Of a stretch of 52,105 nt of DNA, positions 50,151 to 52,105 are shown in pieces; position 1 is the first letter of the stretch, and the number at the start of each line of letters is the position of its first letter. The stretch is taken from contig NC_068983.1 of NCBI RefSeq assembly GCF_001194135.2, positions 110,908,833 through 110,960,937 of the forward strand, written 5' to 3'. Below the pieces are notes generated by a model, which saw nothing but the letters and a program-made list of their open reading frames with translations, was not told the DNA's origin and searched no databases. Both the position numbers and the translations under genes were made by a program. The stretch is from Octopus bimaculoides (lineage: Eukaryota).

Positions 50151-51029
50151 GTAAGTTGTACAAAAAAAACTCCCAGTTACAGAGGGAATTCTTAGATACA
50201 GTAAGAATCCAACACTTTTAAAGTGCAGCCATGTCTCCACCTCATATTTTTCTTTGCAGAGTAAGCAAAGGCTGATATATTTGAACATCACATAGATACT
50301 ATATCACCACTTCAGTTGTACATTTTATTTAAGAGCACAAACCGGACAATGTTATATTGTGCTTCATATATCTCACACAATTTTGGAATGTTTCAGTCAG
50401 CAGTGGTGCAAAACAGTATAAATAATTAGTGAATGCTTAGGGATTCATATAAGAAGCCGCAAAGCTAATTAGAAATACTTATAGAGTAAAGAGCAGGGTT
50501 ATCTCAATGACTAATATTTTAATTCTTTCGTCATGTATGGGAGAAAAATCAAGAAACTTTCCAGCATTATTAGACCTTCTTAACAAACAAGCATAGATTT
50601 CAATATTCACCACAGTATGGATGAAAGAATCATTAAGCAGAGTTATACATTTTACACGATCATCATGGTCAGTTAGTATCCGTTTATCCTTTACTCGTTT
50701 TACTACCGTACATTTCACATTCAGGGGCATGTAGTCGATCATATCGCCATGGTTATGTTTTCAACTTGATACTTATATTACCAGATGAGTTACTGAATTA
50801 TCACGATAACTATTGGCGGAAAGATATGCAACTTAACGTATGCATTCTCACAACGTATGTATAAACACACATATTCTACTCTTTTTTCATATATATTTTC
50901 AGAAAATTAAAGCACAACACATTTGAGGTTTGTGAATATTTTATAAAACGTATCATATTTTCTTAGTAGTCAGAAAGTTTTTAAACACTATTTATACATA
51001 CATAGAAACATAAATATATACATATATGA

Positions 51030-51069
<40 letters not shown>

Positions 51070-51122
51070 GTGTGAGTCGTATGTGTGTGTGAGTTGTGTA
51101 TGTGTATGTGTGAGTTGTGTAC

Positions 51123-51800
51123 GTAAGCAAATGTGGGGACAAGCAAATGTGGGGATAAGCAAATTAGATAGATCAATATATAAAGCATATTGAATTAAAT
51201 GAATTACAAATATCATATATGTATACATATAAAAAGAGCCAACTTACACAGAGTACAAATGATATATAAAATTAAAAGGGTAGACGAATGGTATTAAAAA
51301 TTCAACAACTGTTTCTGGTGGGTCGGTGATCCATAATAATGTTTGTAGACTAATTCCATCAGATAATGCGGCGTTATGGATGCATTTAACCTAAAATGAG
51401 ACAAGCCTCTGTTTTCAGGGCAGAGACCTTAAATTTGAGATCTTAAAGCAGATAATTTGAAAGATCTTTAAGATCTCAAATTCAAGATCACTTCCCTGTA
51501 GATGGAGGTGCATCTCATCCTACGCTAAATGCATGCATACGGCCGCATTTTTCTGATGGAATCAATTTACAAATGCTGTTATGGATCACCGAGTCCCCAG
51601 AAAGGGTTGTTAGATTTGTAATACCTTTCATCCACCACTTTAATTTTCTATATCATTTGTACTCTGTGTAAGTTGGATGTTTTTATGTGAAAAAAAAAAA
51701 AATATATATATATATATATATTTAATGTATTTAATAACTTTATATATTGATCTGTCTAATTTGCTTATCCCCACATTTGCTTATCCCCACATTTGCTCAA
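51123..51800. repeat. ~680 bp imperfect foldback (long inverted repeat / MITE-like)
   Basis: Perfect blocks 51432-51448/51466-51482 (17 bp) and 51239-51266/51649-51676 (28 bp). Outer arms agcaaatgtgggga...gatcaatata pair with 51740-51797. All share a centre near 51457. Confidence 0.9.
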
Positions 51801-52002
51801 GTTTAAATATCTTGAGCAATACAAAGTGTATTTTATACGGAGAACATCTAGATCTCATCTACGAACTATATGTGTGTGTATAATATATATATATATATAT
51901 ATATAAGCAATGTTAATTCTCTAAATGAAGTATTAACAGTAACTGCACGATAAAGTGAAGTGTATTGCCACTTAAGTGTGGCTGACCCCTAGGGGTGGAT
52001 GT

Positions 52003-52105
52003 TACTATTGCTTTAGCCCCAGGAGGACATCTCCTCCAGCTGGACACAATAGTGTGTCGTTAAGCCAGCTGGAGGAGATGTCCTCCTGGGGCTAAAGCAA
52101 CAGTA
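52003..52105. repeat. 41 bp near-perfect inverted repeat (hairpin), may extend past the window
   Basis: 52003-52043 pairs with 52065-52105 at 40/41; 21 nt loop. Confidence 0.95.

Noticed and set aside
50253-50266. TTTGCAG-A-GTAAGC looks like a 1 nt microexon or recursive splice site
   Set aside because: A single motif with no supporting frame logic; cannot be distinguished from an ordinary acceptor.
50479-50742. 87 aa minus-strand ORF
   Set aside because: No recognisable motif or convincing splice signals.

Overview
AT-rich, microsatellite-laden eukaryotic genomic DNA with three assembly gaps. The SINE families and the gene type point to a coleoid cephalopod, most likely Octopus (recognised from memory, not by database search). 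One spliced + strand gene can be assembled by eye from 5-6 small exons across about 27 kb (11257-38144). It encodes a roughly 240-260 aa secreted protein: signal peptide, short linker, and a laminin-G/ConA-like domain of the type found in molluscan Pif/BMSP-like matrix proteins. No VWA or chitin-binding exon was found. The last splice junction is 2 nt out of phase with the Cys-containing C-terminus expected for this domain. The rest of the window is decayed mobile DNA: several Penelope-like retroelements (RT and GIY-YIG), RTE, L1/Tx1 and R4/Dong LINE fragments, three mariner derivatives, a probable Chapaev3-like fragment and at least four tRNA-SINE families. Most notable non-coding signals are six hammerhead-ribozyme-like motifs from about four sequence families (one of them inside a tRNA-headed SINE), a ~680 bp foldback, and a 41 bp near-perfect hairpin at the right edge. 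All coordinates and pairings were counted by hand; TE boundaries are approximate. Most ORFs in the supplied track are microsatellite or gap artefacts.
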